Shown here one piece after another: positions 7,277-16,544 of a DNA stretch of 50,271 nucleotides. The notes beneath the pieces were generated by a model that saw only the letters and a program-made list of their open reading frames with translations, had not been told where the DNA came from and searched no databases. Position 1 is the stretch's first letter. Each line of letters starts with the position of its first letter. The stretch is from an uncultured Candidatus Saccharibacteria bacterium (GTDB lineage: Bacteria > Patescibacteriota > Minisyncoccia > Phycocordibacterales > UBA918): assembly GCA_964350985.1 (NCBI GenBank), contig CAYGLK010000001.1, positions 1-50,271 of the forward strand, given 5' to 3'. The translations under genes and the position numbers were made by a program.

Positions 7277-7966
7277 ATGACTCAAAAAGAAGGCCTGCTT
7301 TCGATCGTAGCCACCCCAATCGGTAACTTGGAGGATATTACCTTGCGCGCTCTGCGGGTTCTTGGTGAAGCAGACTACGTTCTCTGTGAAGACACTAGGG
7401 TGACAGGGAAACTATTGCACCACCACGGTATCAAGGTAAAAATGAAGCGTTATGACGCTCATGCGTCAGTTAAAACACATGAGGAGGTACTAGCTGATCT
7501 AGAAGCGGGGCAAAAGGTTGCTCTGGTCTCTGACGCTGGTACGCCAGGCATCAGTGACCCTGGTGTACTTTTGGTACAACAAGCACGCGCGGCCGGTATC
7601 AAAATAGAAGCTATTCCCGGAGCGTCAGCAGTTGCTACTGCTTTTTCGATTGCTGGTATCATCGGCAACGAGTTTTCATTCTTAGGCTTTGTCCCACAAA
7701 AGAAGGGTCGGGAAACCTTCTTTAAAGCTCTGGCAGAAAGGGAGGAAACAGCTATCTTCTTTGAGTCAGTGCACCGGATTCAAAAAACCCTAGACTCATT
7801 AATAAAGTTTTTACCTGAAAGTGTTCAAGTAACTGTAGCTCGTGAATTAACCAAAATGCATGAGGAAATTGTCCAAGGTGATCCCGCTTTAGTCGCTCAG
7901 TATTTTATTGACCACCCTGACCATATCAAAGGCGAATTTGTCGTTATTGTCGATTTCTTGTCCTAA
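7277..7966 (+). CDS. rsmI: 16S rRNA (cytidine1402-2'-O)-methyltransferase
   Basis: LSIVATPIGNLEDITLRALRVL..ADYVLCEDTR, the tetrapyrrole-methylase-fold RsmI signature. Confidence 0.85.
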   Translation: MTQKEGLLSIVATPIGNLEDITLRALRVLGEADYVLCEDTRVTGKLLHHHGIKVKMKRYDAHASVKTHEEVLADLEAGQKVALVSDAGTPGISDPGVLLVQQARAAGIKIEAIPGASAVATAFSIAGIIGNEFSFLGFVPQKKGRETFFKALAEREETAIFFESVHRIQKTLDSLIKFLPESVQVTVARELTKMHEEIVQGDPALVAQYFIDHPDHIKGEFVVIVDFLS

Positions 7967-8013
7967 AAAGGTTTAAATTTTTTATTTTCTAACAGTTACG
8001 GTATACTGTGCTT

Positions 8014-8256
8014 ATGTCTAAAGAAACATTAGTCTTTTTGGTTGGAATTGTTTTGACCCTAGTCCCATTTTTGGGAGTTCCAGAAGACTGGAAGAAATAT
8101 ACTATTGTTTCTACCGGAGTACTTTTGATTCTGGTTGGTTATCTACTTCGTCGTTCACTCTATTACTCGAGGATTGACTATGGTAACGGTGAAAGAGGGG
8201 ATGATTCTTTTGTGGAGACAACTAAGCAGCTTTTTGAAGAACGTGAGTTAAAATAA
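8014..8256 (+). CDS. Small two-helix membrane protein
   Basis: TATACT (8002-8007)-N6-ATG 8014; the track start at 8008 is a GTG inside the promoter spacer. Confidence 0.55.
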   Translation: MSKETLVFLVGIVLTLVPFLGVPEDWKKYTIVSTGVLLILVGYLLRRSLYYSRIDYGNGERGDDSFVETTKQLFEERELK

Positions 8257-8262
8257 GAGTAT

Positions 8263-9579
8263 ATGATTAAGTACCTAGGCATTGGTCTCACGGTATTTGT
8301 AGTTTTAATTGCTTTAGTAAGCAATGTTTCTTGGTCGCGTGCAGACCTTGCTTATGAAAAAAACGATGCAGTCGGTGCACAAGTTTTAGCGCAAGTAGAT
8401 GAAAAAACCGAGGAACCGGTGATCGACAACCGTCCGGTGGTAAAACATGTCCCATTACCCAAGCAACAAAAGTTCATTTACATGACTTCTTGTGTGGCCG
8501 GTACTCCAAGTTTTCGGGATAAACTGATAGCTTTGATTTCTGAGACAGAAATCAACAGTGTCATTATTGATATCAAGGACTACTCCGGGACTATTTCGTT
8601 TGCTCCTGAAAACCAAGCTTGGTTACCAGCTTGGCAAGACGCTCGTTGTGGTGCTAGAGATATGCGCGAACTGATAGCAACACTGCATGAACAAGACGTT
8701 TTTGTAGCGGGTCGGATCACTGTCTTTCAAGATCCATTTAAAGCAGCTCAGTCTCCGCACTTAGCAGTTAAGAAACTTGATGGCGTGACCAACTGGAAAG
8801 ATGGAAAGGGTCTATCCTTTATTGATGTAGCTGCCAGAGAATACTGGGATCATATTATCGATTTATCAATCGATTCTTATAATCTTGGCTTTGATGAGCT
8901 AAACTTTGATTACGTTCGTTATCCAAGTGATGGCGATATGCAAAACATTTCTTTCCCACATACAGCTGGTTCAGATTGGCCGGGAGATAAACAAGCAAAT
9001 CTAGAAGCTTTCTTTAAATATCTAAATGAACAATTGGATGACGAGAGTAAGTTTACTGCTTACAAACACGAGAACACTGGAAGAGCTTCTTCTACTCCAT
9101 GGACGTCAGCAGATCTCTTTGGGATGACTACCACTAACTTCGATGACTTATCTATTGGCCAGGTTCAAGAGCGAGCTGCTCCTTACTTTGATTTTATTGC
9201 ACCAATGGTTTATCCGTCTCACTATCCAAATGATTATCTTGGTTTAGGTAATCCAAATCTAGTTCCATACCAGATAGTGCATCACGCTATGAAAAGTGGC
9301 GTAGAGCGTATGCAAGCTTCTACTACGAGAATGCAAGGTTTCTTACATGAACGAGTTGGTACTTCTACTCCAGCAATTTACACAAAGCCAGTTTTTGGCG
9401 CTGACAGACTAAGAACTTGGATTCAAGACTTTGATTATGGAGGTGAGTATGATGCAGTAGCAGTACGAACACAAATCCAAGCTAGTTATGATGCAGGAGT
9501 GATGAGCTTTATGATTTGGGCACCTTCAAATATTTACACTAAAGCGGCTCTGAAAGCACCAGGAACGTTGGAGATATAG
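8263..9579 (+). CDS. Membrane-anchored putative glycoside hydrolase (TIM-barrel, DUF4015-like)
   Basis: N-terminal TM helix, then SVIIDIKDYSGTISF ... FDELNFDYVRYPSDG, as recalled for DUF4015-type proteins. Confidence 0.6.
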   Translation: MIKYLGIGLTVFVVLIALVSNVSWSRADLAYEKNDAVGAQVLAQVDEKTEEPVIDNRPVVKHVPLPKQQKFIYMTSCVAGTPSFRDKLIALISETEINSVIIDIKDYSGTISFAPENQAWLPAWQDARCGARDMRELIATLHEQDVFVAGRITVFQDPFKAAQSPHLAVKKLDGVTNWKDGKGLSFIDVAAREYWDHIIDLSIDSYNLGFDELNFDYVRYPSDGDMQNISFPHTAGSDWPGDKQANLEAFFKYLNEQLDDESKFTAYKHENTGRASSTPWTSADLFGMTTTNFDDLSIGQVQERAAPYFDFIAPMVYPSHYPNDYLGLGNPNLVPYQIVHHAMKSGVERMQASTTRMQGFLHERVGTSTPAIYTKPVFGADRLRTWIQDFDYGGEYDAVAVRTQIQASYDAGVMSFMIWAPSNIYTKAALKAPGTLEI

Positions 9580-9625
9580 TTTTCAAATTTATTCTTGTAG
9601 AGTAAAGGTTTTTACATTTTAGTTT

Positions 9626-9633
9626 GCTATAAT
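9626..9633 (+). promoter_or_regulatory. Extended -10 box (TGcTATAAT) placed 6 nt before the ATG
   Basis: tgctataat-ttgagt-ATG(9640). Confidence 0.6.
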
Positions 9634-9639
9634 TTGAGT

Positions 9640-11673
9640 ATGAATTTTGATCCGGAAAAAATAACTTTTTTCGCTAAAACTGATGCTCGTGGTCAACAAA
9701 CGGCTTTTGGTATTAAGGCTAAAGATCGACAACGACATATGTATGTGGTTGGGAAGACAGGTATGGGTAAGTCTACCTTGCTTGAAAACATGGCTGCTCA
9801 AGATATCCAAAACGGTGAAGGAATGGCTTTTATTGATCCTCACGGTTCAGCGGCGGAAACCTTGTTGGATTATATTCCTGAACATCGTCTTAATGATGTC
9901 GTCTATTTCGCGCCGTTTGATATGGCCAACCCTATTTCATTTAACGTCATGGAGGATGTTGGTGAAGACAAGCGTCACTTAGTGGTATCGGGTTTGATGT
10001 CTACCTTTAAGAAGATTTGGGTTGATGCTTGGAGTGCCCGAATGGAGTACATTCTTACCAACGCACTTTTGGTTTTGATTGAGTATCCAGATACTACTTT
10101 GCTTTCGGTTAACCGAATATTTTCTGATAAAGAATACCGCAAGAAAGTAGTGGAGTATTGTAAGGATCCGGCTGTAAAAGCTTTCTGGGTAGATGAGTTT
10201 GCTAATTATACTGAGAGATTTGCTGCTGAAGCTTTGCCAGCTATTCAAAACAAAATCGGACAGTTTACCGGTAATCCTTTGATCAGAAACATCATTGGTC
10301 AACCACACTCCAGTTTTGATATTCGAAAGATTATGGATGAGAAAAAAATTCTCATCATGAACCTATCTAAAGGACTGGTAGGAGAGACAAACGCTAACTT
10401 ACTTGGTTCGATGTTGACGACTCGTATCTACTTGGCTGCTATGAGTCGGGCAGACCTGCCAGTGGCGCAAATGAAACAGATGCCGAACTTCTACTTTTAT
10501 GTAGATGAGTTTCAGTCATTTGCTAACGCGACTTTTGCCAACATTCTTTCTGAAGCGCGTAAGTATCACTTGAACTTAATCATCGCGCACCAGTACATTG
10601 CTCAGATGGAGGAGGAGGTGAGAGATGCTGTTTTTGGTAACGTTGGGACAACTGTCTCTTTCAGAGTCGGTCCATTTGACGCTGAAGTACTTGAAACAGT
10701 ATTTACCCCAAGGTTCTTAGCAGCTGATATGGTCAACTTGGGCTTCGCTCAAGTTTACCTGACGCTGATGATAGATGGCGTTGGTTCGCAACCTTTTTCA
10801 GCTGTTACGCTGCCACCAATAGCTGCACCACATATCTCATACAAAGATGTAGCGATTGCTGCTAGTAGGAAAAACTACACCAAGCCTAGAGCGGAAGTTG
10901 AGCAGCTAGTAGCTGACATCCATACTCCAGTAAAGAAGGAGAGTGTCCAAAAACACAACAGTCAAAATGCTGAAAAGCGCCAGAAAGAGAATTCAACTAG
11001 TGGAACTAAATCCGTAGCTTCAAACACAACTACTACTAAGTCAGAGCCAGAAAACCCTTCGCAAAATAATACTCAGCCGCAAAATACTAGTGCAGCCAAT
11101 GACAGTTTAAAGACAGATAATGATAAAAAATCTTTTACTAAACCTGATCAGAGATCATCAGTAGATAGTAAATCAAAATCTTCTAATCAGACGGTATCGG
11201 ACAAAAAACATCAGCCAGCAAACTTTAACCGTTCTGCAGAAGATCTTCGTTCGGTGCTAGCAAAAATTAGCGGGGAAGATAAGAGTAAGCCGACAAATAA
11301 AATACCACCACCAACAGATAGTAAAAAAGAAACACAAAAAAACTCCAGCAAAAATCAATCAACTCACTCCTCTGACTTGCGCAGTGCCTTAGCAGATGTC
11401 CTAAAAAAAGCAGAAGATCAGCAAAAGGCTAAGGTAGAAGAAAATAAGACTAATGACACTCCAGCAAAACAAATAGTCTCAAGTCAGCCGCAAGTAGATA
11501 ATAAAAAAGAGACAGAAAAAAAAGAATTAGAACGTTTGATGGCCGAGACTGAGGCCGCTTTTGCTAGCTTGGAAAATGAGAAGAGGAATGACGGAGCTGA
11601 TCCTTTGTCACCAAAAAAAATAGAGAAATTATTCAAGGACGCCAATAATCATCGTTCACCTTTTGCCTCATAG
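9640..11673 (+). CDS. Soluble VirD4/TraD/TrwB-like P-loop ATPase (T4SS coupling-protein family) with ~230-aa low-complexity K/S/T/N/Q tail
   Basis: Walker A VVGKTGMGKST, Walker B FYFYVDEFQSF, NLIIAHQYIAQ; no N-terminal TM helices. The track start 9634 is a TTG abutting the -10 box, so ATG 9640 is preferred. Confidence 0.7.
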   Translation: MNFDPEKITFFAKTDARGQQTAFGIKAKDRQRHMYVVGKTGMGKSTLLENMAAQDIQNGEGMAFIDPHGSAAETLLDYIPEHRLNDVVYFAPFDMANPISFNVMEDVGEDKRHLVVSGLMSTFKKIWVDAWSARMEYILTNALLVLIEYPDTTLLSVNRIFSDKEYRKKVVEYCKDPAVKAFWVDEFANYTERFAAEALPAIQNKIGQFTGNPLIRNIIGQPHSSFDIRKIMDEKKILIMNLSKGLVGETNANLLGSMLTTRIYLAAMSRADLPVAQMKQMPNFYFYVDEFQSFANATFANILSEARKYHLNLIIAHQYIAQMEEEVRDAVFGNVGTTVSFRVGPFDAEVLETVFTPRFLAADMVNLGFAQVYLTLMIDGVGSQPFSAVTLPPIAAPHISYKDVAIAASRKNYTKPRAEVEQLVADIHTPVKKESVQKHNSQNAEKRQKENSTSGTKSVASNTTTTKSEPENPSQNNTQPQNTSAANDSLKTDNDKKSFTKPDQRSSVDSKSKSSNQTVSDKKHQPANFNRSAEDLRSVLAKISGEDKSKPTNKIPPPTDSKKETQKNSSKNQSTHSSDLRSALADVLKKAEDQQKAKVEENKTNDTPAKQIVSSQPQVDNKKETEKKELERLMAETEAAFASLENEKRNDGADPLSPKKIEKLFKDANNHRSPFAS

Positions 11674-11675
11674 TT

Positions 11676-13079
11676 ATGCGTCTACTTACACTAGTTCTAG
11701 CGATGTTTACTTTAAGTACACAAGCAGCACTAGCTTCAGTGACTATCAACGAAGTCGCCTGGATGGGAGATTCAAGTTCTGCTAATAATGAATGGATTGA
11801 ACTTTATAATTCAGGAGCAACAGTCAGTGTAGACGGCTGGACTCTAAGTGACGGAATGAATTTGAATATTTCACTCACAGGTAGTATTGCTGCCAGTGCC
11901 TACGCTGTCTTAGAGAGAACCAGTGATGAGTCGGCTTCAGGGACGGCTTTTTTGATTTATACCGGAGCCTTAGTAAATACTGGCGCTACTTTAGTCTTAA
12001 AAAATCAAAGTGGAAGTATCGTCGACCAAGCCTCAGGAGGAGAGAATTGGCAGAATATTGGGGGAGACAATACCACTAAAGAAACAGCACAATATAGTTC
12101 CGCCGGCTGGGTTACTGATGAAGCTACTCCAGGACAAGTAAACCGAAGCGGTAGAGAAGACGATACTGTAACTGAAGAACAGACAACAACCAAAAGTAGT
12201 GGCGGAGGCGGTTCTGGTAGTAGCAAGAAAACTTCCGATTCAGTGAGTTTAAAAAACACTGAGACAAAAATGGTTGTCACTCCTGAAGTTCAGTCAGTCG
12301 CTTACGTCAATCAACACGTTCCGTTTAAGGTGAAGATGACTGGAGTTGATGACGAGAGAGACAAATTGGTCCGCTATGATTGGAACTTCGGTGATACAAA
12401 CGCTACTAGTGGTAAGGTCGTCTCTCACACTTATGCTTATCCTGGAAAATACTTGGTGACAGTACGGGCAGTCTATAAGAAGGTTGAGCAAGTTTCTGAA
12501 AAAGAAATCACTGTTTTACCGGTAACTTTTTCCCTAACTAAAAATGAAGCCGGAGATATACAAATACATAACAATGCCGCGTATGCGGTAGATGTATCAG
12601 GGTACACACTCCGTGGAGGCAAAACTTTAGTTTTGCCTCCACGGAGTGTGATTTTAAGTAAAGCGACTATCACAGTTCCCAAGGAAAAAGTTGGGAAGAG
12701 TAATATAAGTTTAGTTGCCTTGTATGACACTAAGAAAAATATGGTCGCTTCGACCAACCTGCCCAATTTTACTACTAGCTACAGCGAGCCAGATCCAGTA
12801 GTAGTATCGAGTCAGACTATCTCCAGTCCAGTAGTTACAAAAACCGTTGCAGATAATAATTTCTTTTTTGCTACCAAAGAAGCTGAGGCTAGTACTGATC
12901 TGCCAATAGAAGAAGAGGTGACAGTTGGGGCGGATTTTTCTGAGACAGAAAAATCCGCCACAACCCCATACAATTCCCGCTGGCCTTACCTAGCCTTAGT
13001 AGTACTGCTTCTGTTGTCGCTAGCCTTTATTGTTTTCAATACTAAAAAACACTCAGAAGATAATTTAGAAAATTTGTAA
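11676..13079 (+). CDS. Secreted lamin-tail-domain (LTD) / PKD-domain protein with C-terminal membrane anchor
   Basis: VTINEVAWMGDSSSANNEWIELYNSG..VDGWTLSD (LTD), YDWNFGD..HTYAYPGKYLVTVRA (PKD), a second LTD-like segment, C-terminal helix YLALVVLLLLSLAFIVF. Stop-TT-ATG junction with the upstream gene. Confidence 0.75.
   Translation: MRLLTLVLAMFTLSTQAALASVTINEVAWMGDSSSANNEWIELYNSGATVSVDGWTLSDGMNLNISLTGSIAASAYAVLERTSDESASGTAFLIYTGALVNTGATLVLKNQSGSIVDQASGGENWQNIGGDNTTKETAQYSSAGWVTDEATPGQVNRSGREDDTVTEEQTTTKSSGGGGSGSSKKTSDSVSLKNTETKMVVTPEVQSVAYVNQHVPFKVKMTGVDDERDKLVRYDWNFGDTNATSGKVVSHTYAYPGKYLVTVRAVYKKVEQVSEKEITVLPVTFSLTKNEAGDIQIHNNAAYAVDVSGYTLRGGKTLVLPPRSVILSKATITVPKEKVGKSNISLVALYDTKKNMVASTNLPNFTTSYSEPDPVVVSSQTISSPVVTKTVADNNFFFATKEAEASTDLPIEEEVTVGADFSETEKSATTPYNSRWPYLALVVLLLLSLAFIVFNTKKHSEDNLENL
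12605..12650. repeat. 46-bp perfect palindrome (21-bp arms, 4-nt centre) inside the LTD gene
   Basis: cacactccgtggaggcaaaac-ttta-gttttgcctccacggagtgtg; encodes YTLRGGKTLVLPPRSVI in frame. Confidence 0.95.
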
Positions 13080-13115
13080 AGTGACTATTTTGTAGTTACT
13101 TAGTTATACATAAGT

Positions 13116-14120
13116 ATGGATAAGAAAAAGATAGTCGTGATCGGTGGTGGAACTGGTACACATACAGTCCTTAGGGGGTTACGTAAATACGCTAAAGATA
13201 TTGATATAGCAGCGGTAGTTAGTATGGCTGATTCTGGTGGTTCAACCGGAAGATTGCGCGATGAGTTCGGACAGTTACCGATTGGTGACGTACGTAACGC
13301 TATGACAGCCTTAGCCTCTGAAGGGGATCAGTATGACTCATTGATGCGACAACTTTTCCTCTATCGCTTTGATCGCGGACAGGGTCTAGAAGGGCACAAC
13401 TTCGGCAATTTATTTTTAACAGCCCTGACTGATATTTTAGGAAGTGAAGTAGCTGCCATTGACGCTGCTGCTCATATTTTAAAAGTGTCAGGTAGAGTTA
13501 TTCCTGTCACTACCGACAATACTCAATTGGTGGCCACTTACGATGATGGTCTGGTTGTAGTAGGTGAGAATGAAATCGAAGAATCTCTTGAGATAAGAGC
13601 TGACTCTCGCATTGTTGGACTTAGTCTTAGTCCTGAGTCTTTTATTACTAGCGCTGCAGCAGAAGCTATAAGGGAAGCGGATTTGTTAGTCTTTGGTCCT
13701 GGTGATCTCTACACCAGTATCTTAGCCAACTGTGTCGTCTCAGGTTTCAGGGAGGCAGTGAATGAGAGTCAGGCAATGATTGTCTATGTCTGCAACCTAA
13801 TGTCCAAGCGCGGACAAACTATTGGCATGCACGCCGCTGAGCATGTTGACGAAATCATCAAACATATTGGGCGAATACCTGACGCAGTATTGATAAACAA
13901 CTCTACCTTTAACGAAGAACTTTTAGAAAAATATCGGACTGAAGGAGATCATCCGATTTTAAATAACTGCGTTGATGGAGTCTGTACTATAAAAGCTCTG
14001 CCGTTAGTGTCAGAAGAAGAAATTACTCTGGCTAGCGGAGATATGGTTAAACGCAGTCTGATCAGACATGATTCTGATATTTTAGCTCGAGAGCTAACAG
14101 ACTTGCTCTTACTTCAATAA
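13116..14120 (+). CDS. yvcK: YvcK/CofD-family (UPF0052) protein
   Basis: VVIGGGTGTHTVLRGLR N-terminus, SGGSTGRLRDE, GPGDLYTSI. Confidence 0.8.
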   Translation: MDKKKIVVIGGGTGTHTVLRGLRKYAKDIDIAAVVSMADSGGSTGRLRDEFGQLPIGDVRNAMTALASEGDQYDSLMRQLFLYRFDRGQGLEGHNFGNLFLTALTDILGSEVAAIDAAAHILKVSGRVIPVTTDNTQLVATYDDGLVVVGENEIEESLEIRADSRIVGLSLSPESFITSAAAEAIREADLLVFGPGDLYTSILANCVVSGFREAVNESQAMIVYVCNLMSKRGQTIGMHAAEHVDEIIKHIGRIPDAVLINNSTFNEELLEKYRTEGDHPILNNCVDGVCTIKALPLVSEEEITLASGDMVKRSLIRHDSDILARELTDLLLLQ

Positions 14121-14188
14121 ACTAATTATCCCAAGACGAAAAAACACTGGACTAATTTTTTCTTCGCGCGCGGTATACTAATATTGTT

Positions 14189-15535
14189 ATGGCGCGTAAA
14201 GATCTTTCACATATTAATGCTTCAGAGTATGAGCAAGCTACTTTGGACTATATCCTGGAAAAAGAACGTCAGGAAAAAGATCCAACGAAGTATGTCTCAG
14301 TCGATGAAGCTATCAATGAAAAACCGCTCTTTGAGGCTACCTCAACTCGTGACGAGACTAGGGTTTTGTTTATTTCTCAGGATGAGACGCTACTAAATCC
14401 AACCCAGCAGTCTCTGGATGGATACATCAACCTATCTGATCTTTTTGATGAGGTTCATATTCTAATCCTGCGCCAAGGAATCCCGCCTCGTAATCCAGTA
14501 TTACGCCTTTCAAAAAATATGTGGCTTTATATTGCCAGTGACTATACTTGGTGGAAGACGCCTTTTAAGGGAAAACAGTTAGTGAAAGATCAGTTAGTAT
14601 TCGCAGACGGTTTTCGTCCAGATATCATCGTTGCTCGTGATCCTTATGAAAGTGCTTACCTCGCCAATTCACTGGGTAAAAAATATGGTCGGCCAGTACA
14701 GGTTCACGTGCTAGAAGATTTTAATACCAAAGAATTTATTGAGGCTAGCAAGCCCAACTATTGGCGACGGCATTTAGCTCTTTTTAATTTAGCTAGAACC
14801 AGTAGTATCCGTACAGCCACCAGAGCTCTTTATAATTATTTAAGTAATAAATTTTCAGATAAAAATCTAGAAGTCCTACCAAAATTTAATAATTACAAAT
14901 CTCTTTTGGAACGACCTAGGTCAGAAGACCTAAAAGAAAGATATCCCGACTTAGTCTTTAGTATTTTATATATCGGAAAGTTAGACCAAGCCAGTCTGGC
15001 TTATCAGGTGATTGATGCTGCCCGTTTTGGTCTTAGAAACCCACACATTGGCTTGTTCGTGAAGGGGGAAGGCAAGAATCGGTCAGAGTTTATGGAGCGA
15101 GCCAAGATACTAGGAGTAGATAAGCAAGTGATCTTCGATAATAAAACCAAAGACGACACTACCTACTTAAAATCAGCTCATGTACTTATTGTTCCGGAAA
15201 CAACGCCAGAAAGCGAAGAATTAGTCTTGCGCGCAGCAGCGGCCGGAATCCCAATGATTTTAGCCCAGACAGATTTTAGAAAGGATGTTTTTGTTGACGG
15301 GGAATCAGCGCTTATTTGTGAACAGGGAGATATCGATGATTTTAGCTTACGACTCAACCTTCTGATGAATGACTTTATGCTGAGAAAAAATTTAGCCGCT
15401 GCAGCCCAAAATATTATCAATACTAGATTCCATGAAAATCTGTTCAAGTATCAAACAGCTTATCGAAAAAGTATTGAGGACGTTTTGTTTTTAACTGGTG
15501 AAACTACTGAAGACATAAGTAGTAAAGCAAGTTAG
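14189..15535 (+). CDS. Glycosyltransferase, GT4/GT1-type (GT-B fold)
   Basis: C-terminal PESEELVLRAAAAGIPMI (E-x7-E region); TATACT-N9-ATG. Confidence 0.7.
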   Translation: MARKDLSHINASEYEQATLDYILEKERQEKDPTKYVSVDEAINEKPLFEATSTRDETRVLFISQDETLLNPTQQSLDGYINLSDLFDEVHILILRQGIPPRNPVLRLSKNMWLYIASDYTWWKTPFKGKQLVKDQLVFADGFRPDIIVARDPYESAYLANSLGKKYGRPVQVHVLEDFNTKEFIEASKPNYWRRHLALFNLARTSSIRTATRALYNYLSNKFSDKNLEVLPKFNNYKSLLERPRSEDLKERYPDLVFSILYIGKLDQASLAYQVIDAARFGLRNPHIGLFVKGEGKNRSEFMERAKILGVDKQVIFDNKTKDDTTYLKSAHVLIVPETTPESEELVLRAAAAGIPMILAQTDFRKDVFVDGESALICEQGDIDDFSLRLNLLMNDFMLRKNLAAAAQNIINTRFHENLFKYQTAYRKSIEDVLFLTGETTEDISSKAS

Positions 15536-15552
15536 AATTAGTGAACTAAATT

Positions 15553-16434
15553 ATGCACGCTCAAAGAGATTCAATTTCATTTATCGGCCTAGGCTCTAAG
15601 AGTGCTGCTCCGCTTTTTTATTCTTATCTAAAACTACATCCTCAGATTGTTACTCCTAGTAAAGCAGTAAATTTCTTTAGTGATATCAAAAAATTCACTG
15701 AAGGGATAGATTGGTATGAAGGACATTTTCCTAGGCCTGAGCTTGGACAAATAAAAGGCGAGTTAGCTGGTAGTTATCTTAAAAGCACCCAAGCCGCTTC
15801 TCTGATTGCTCGAACATACTCAACTGCTAAGCTGATGGCAATAATTGAAAATCCCTTGGTCAGTGTGAGGGTGGCGTACGTTGAAGCTTTACGAAGTAGA
15901 GCTATCTCACCAAAAATATCACTCACTTTATTTTTAAAACAAAACCCTGAGGTTTTGCGGGAAGCTTGTTATGGCAAACAATTGGTCCATTACTTTAGTT
16001 ATTATTCCACCAACGACCTTTTGGTAATCTTAGCGTCAGATGTACGTGATGAGCCGCTGAAGGTGATGAAAAATGCTTTTACTTACTTAGGTGTTGATCC
16101 TGTATTTGTACCTTTGCCCATAGTCCATTTAGTGCCTATAGAAGTAGAGGATCCTTTAAAACGACCGGGTATCATCAAGCGAACAATCATTGGCATTAAA
16201 AACATTTTCAAAAACGCCTACGTCTCGTTTATGCGTCGTTTCAGGACACCAGTGATTGCTACCGAAACAGCTTCTGTAACTGCTAGAAACATGCCGCTTT
16301 CTCCGGAGTTAGAAAAATACCTTAAGGATTACTATCGCCAAGACGTAAAGGTCTTATCACGTATTTTAAGTCGAAATCTAAGCGTAGAATGGGAAATGGA
16401 CCCAGAAGTACCAGAGGCACCAAAAAACGCTTAA
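15553..16434 (+). CDS. Sulfotransferase-fold protein (PAPS-binding motifs look degenerate)
   Basis: IGLGSKSAAPLFYSYLKLHPQI resembles the 5'-PSB region and IIENPLVSVRVAYV resembles the 3'-PB region, but key K/T and R/S positions are substituted. Confidence 0.4.
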   Translation: MHAQRDSISFIGLGSKSAAPLFYSYLKLHPQIVTPSKAVNFFSDIKKFTEGIDWYEGHFPRPELGQIKGELAGSYLKSTQAASLIARTYSTAKLMAIIENPLVSVRVAYVEALRSRAISPKISLTLFLKQNPEVLREACYGKQLVHYFSYYSTNDLLVILASDVRDEPLKVMKNAFTYLGVDPVFVPLPIVHLVPIEVEDPLKRPGIIKRTIIGIKNIFKNAYVSFMRRFRTPVIATETASVTARNMPLSPELEKYLKDYYRQDVKVLSRILSRNLSVEWEMDPEVPEAPKNA

Positions 16435-16544
16435 ATCAGCCAAATTTAGCCCTAAAAGAGTCTAATTATCTTAATATTTAGTCTACTTACTGGATAATTC
16501 TTTCTCAAATAACTTTTCCAGGTTTGGAATGGTAATATAAGTGT

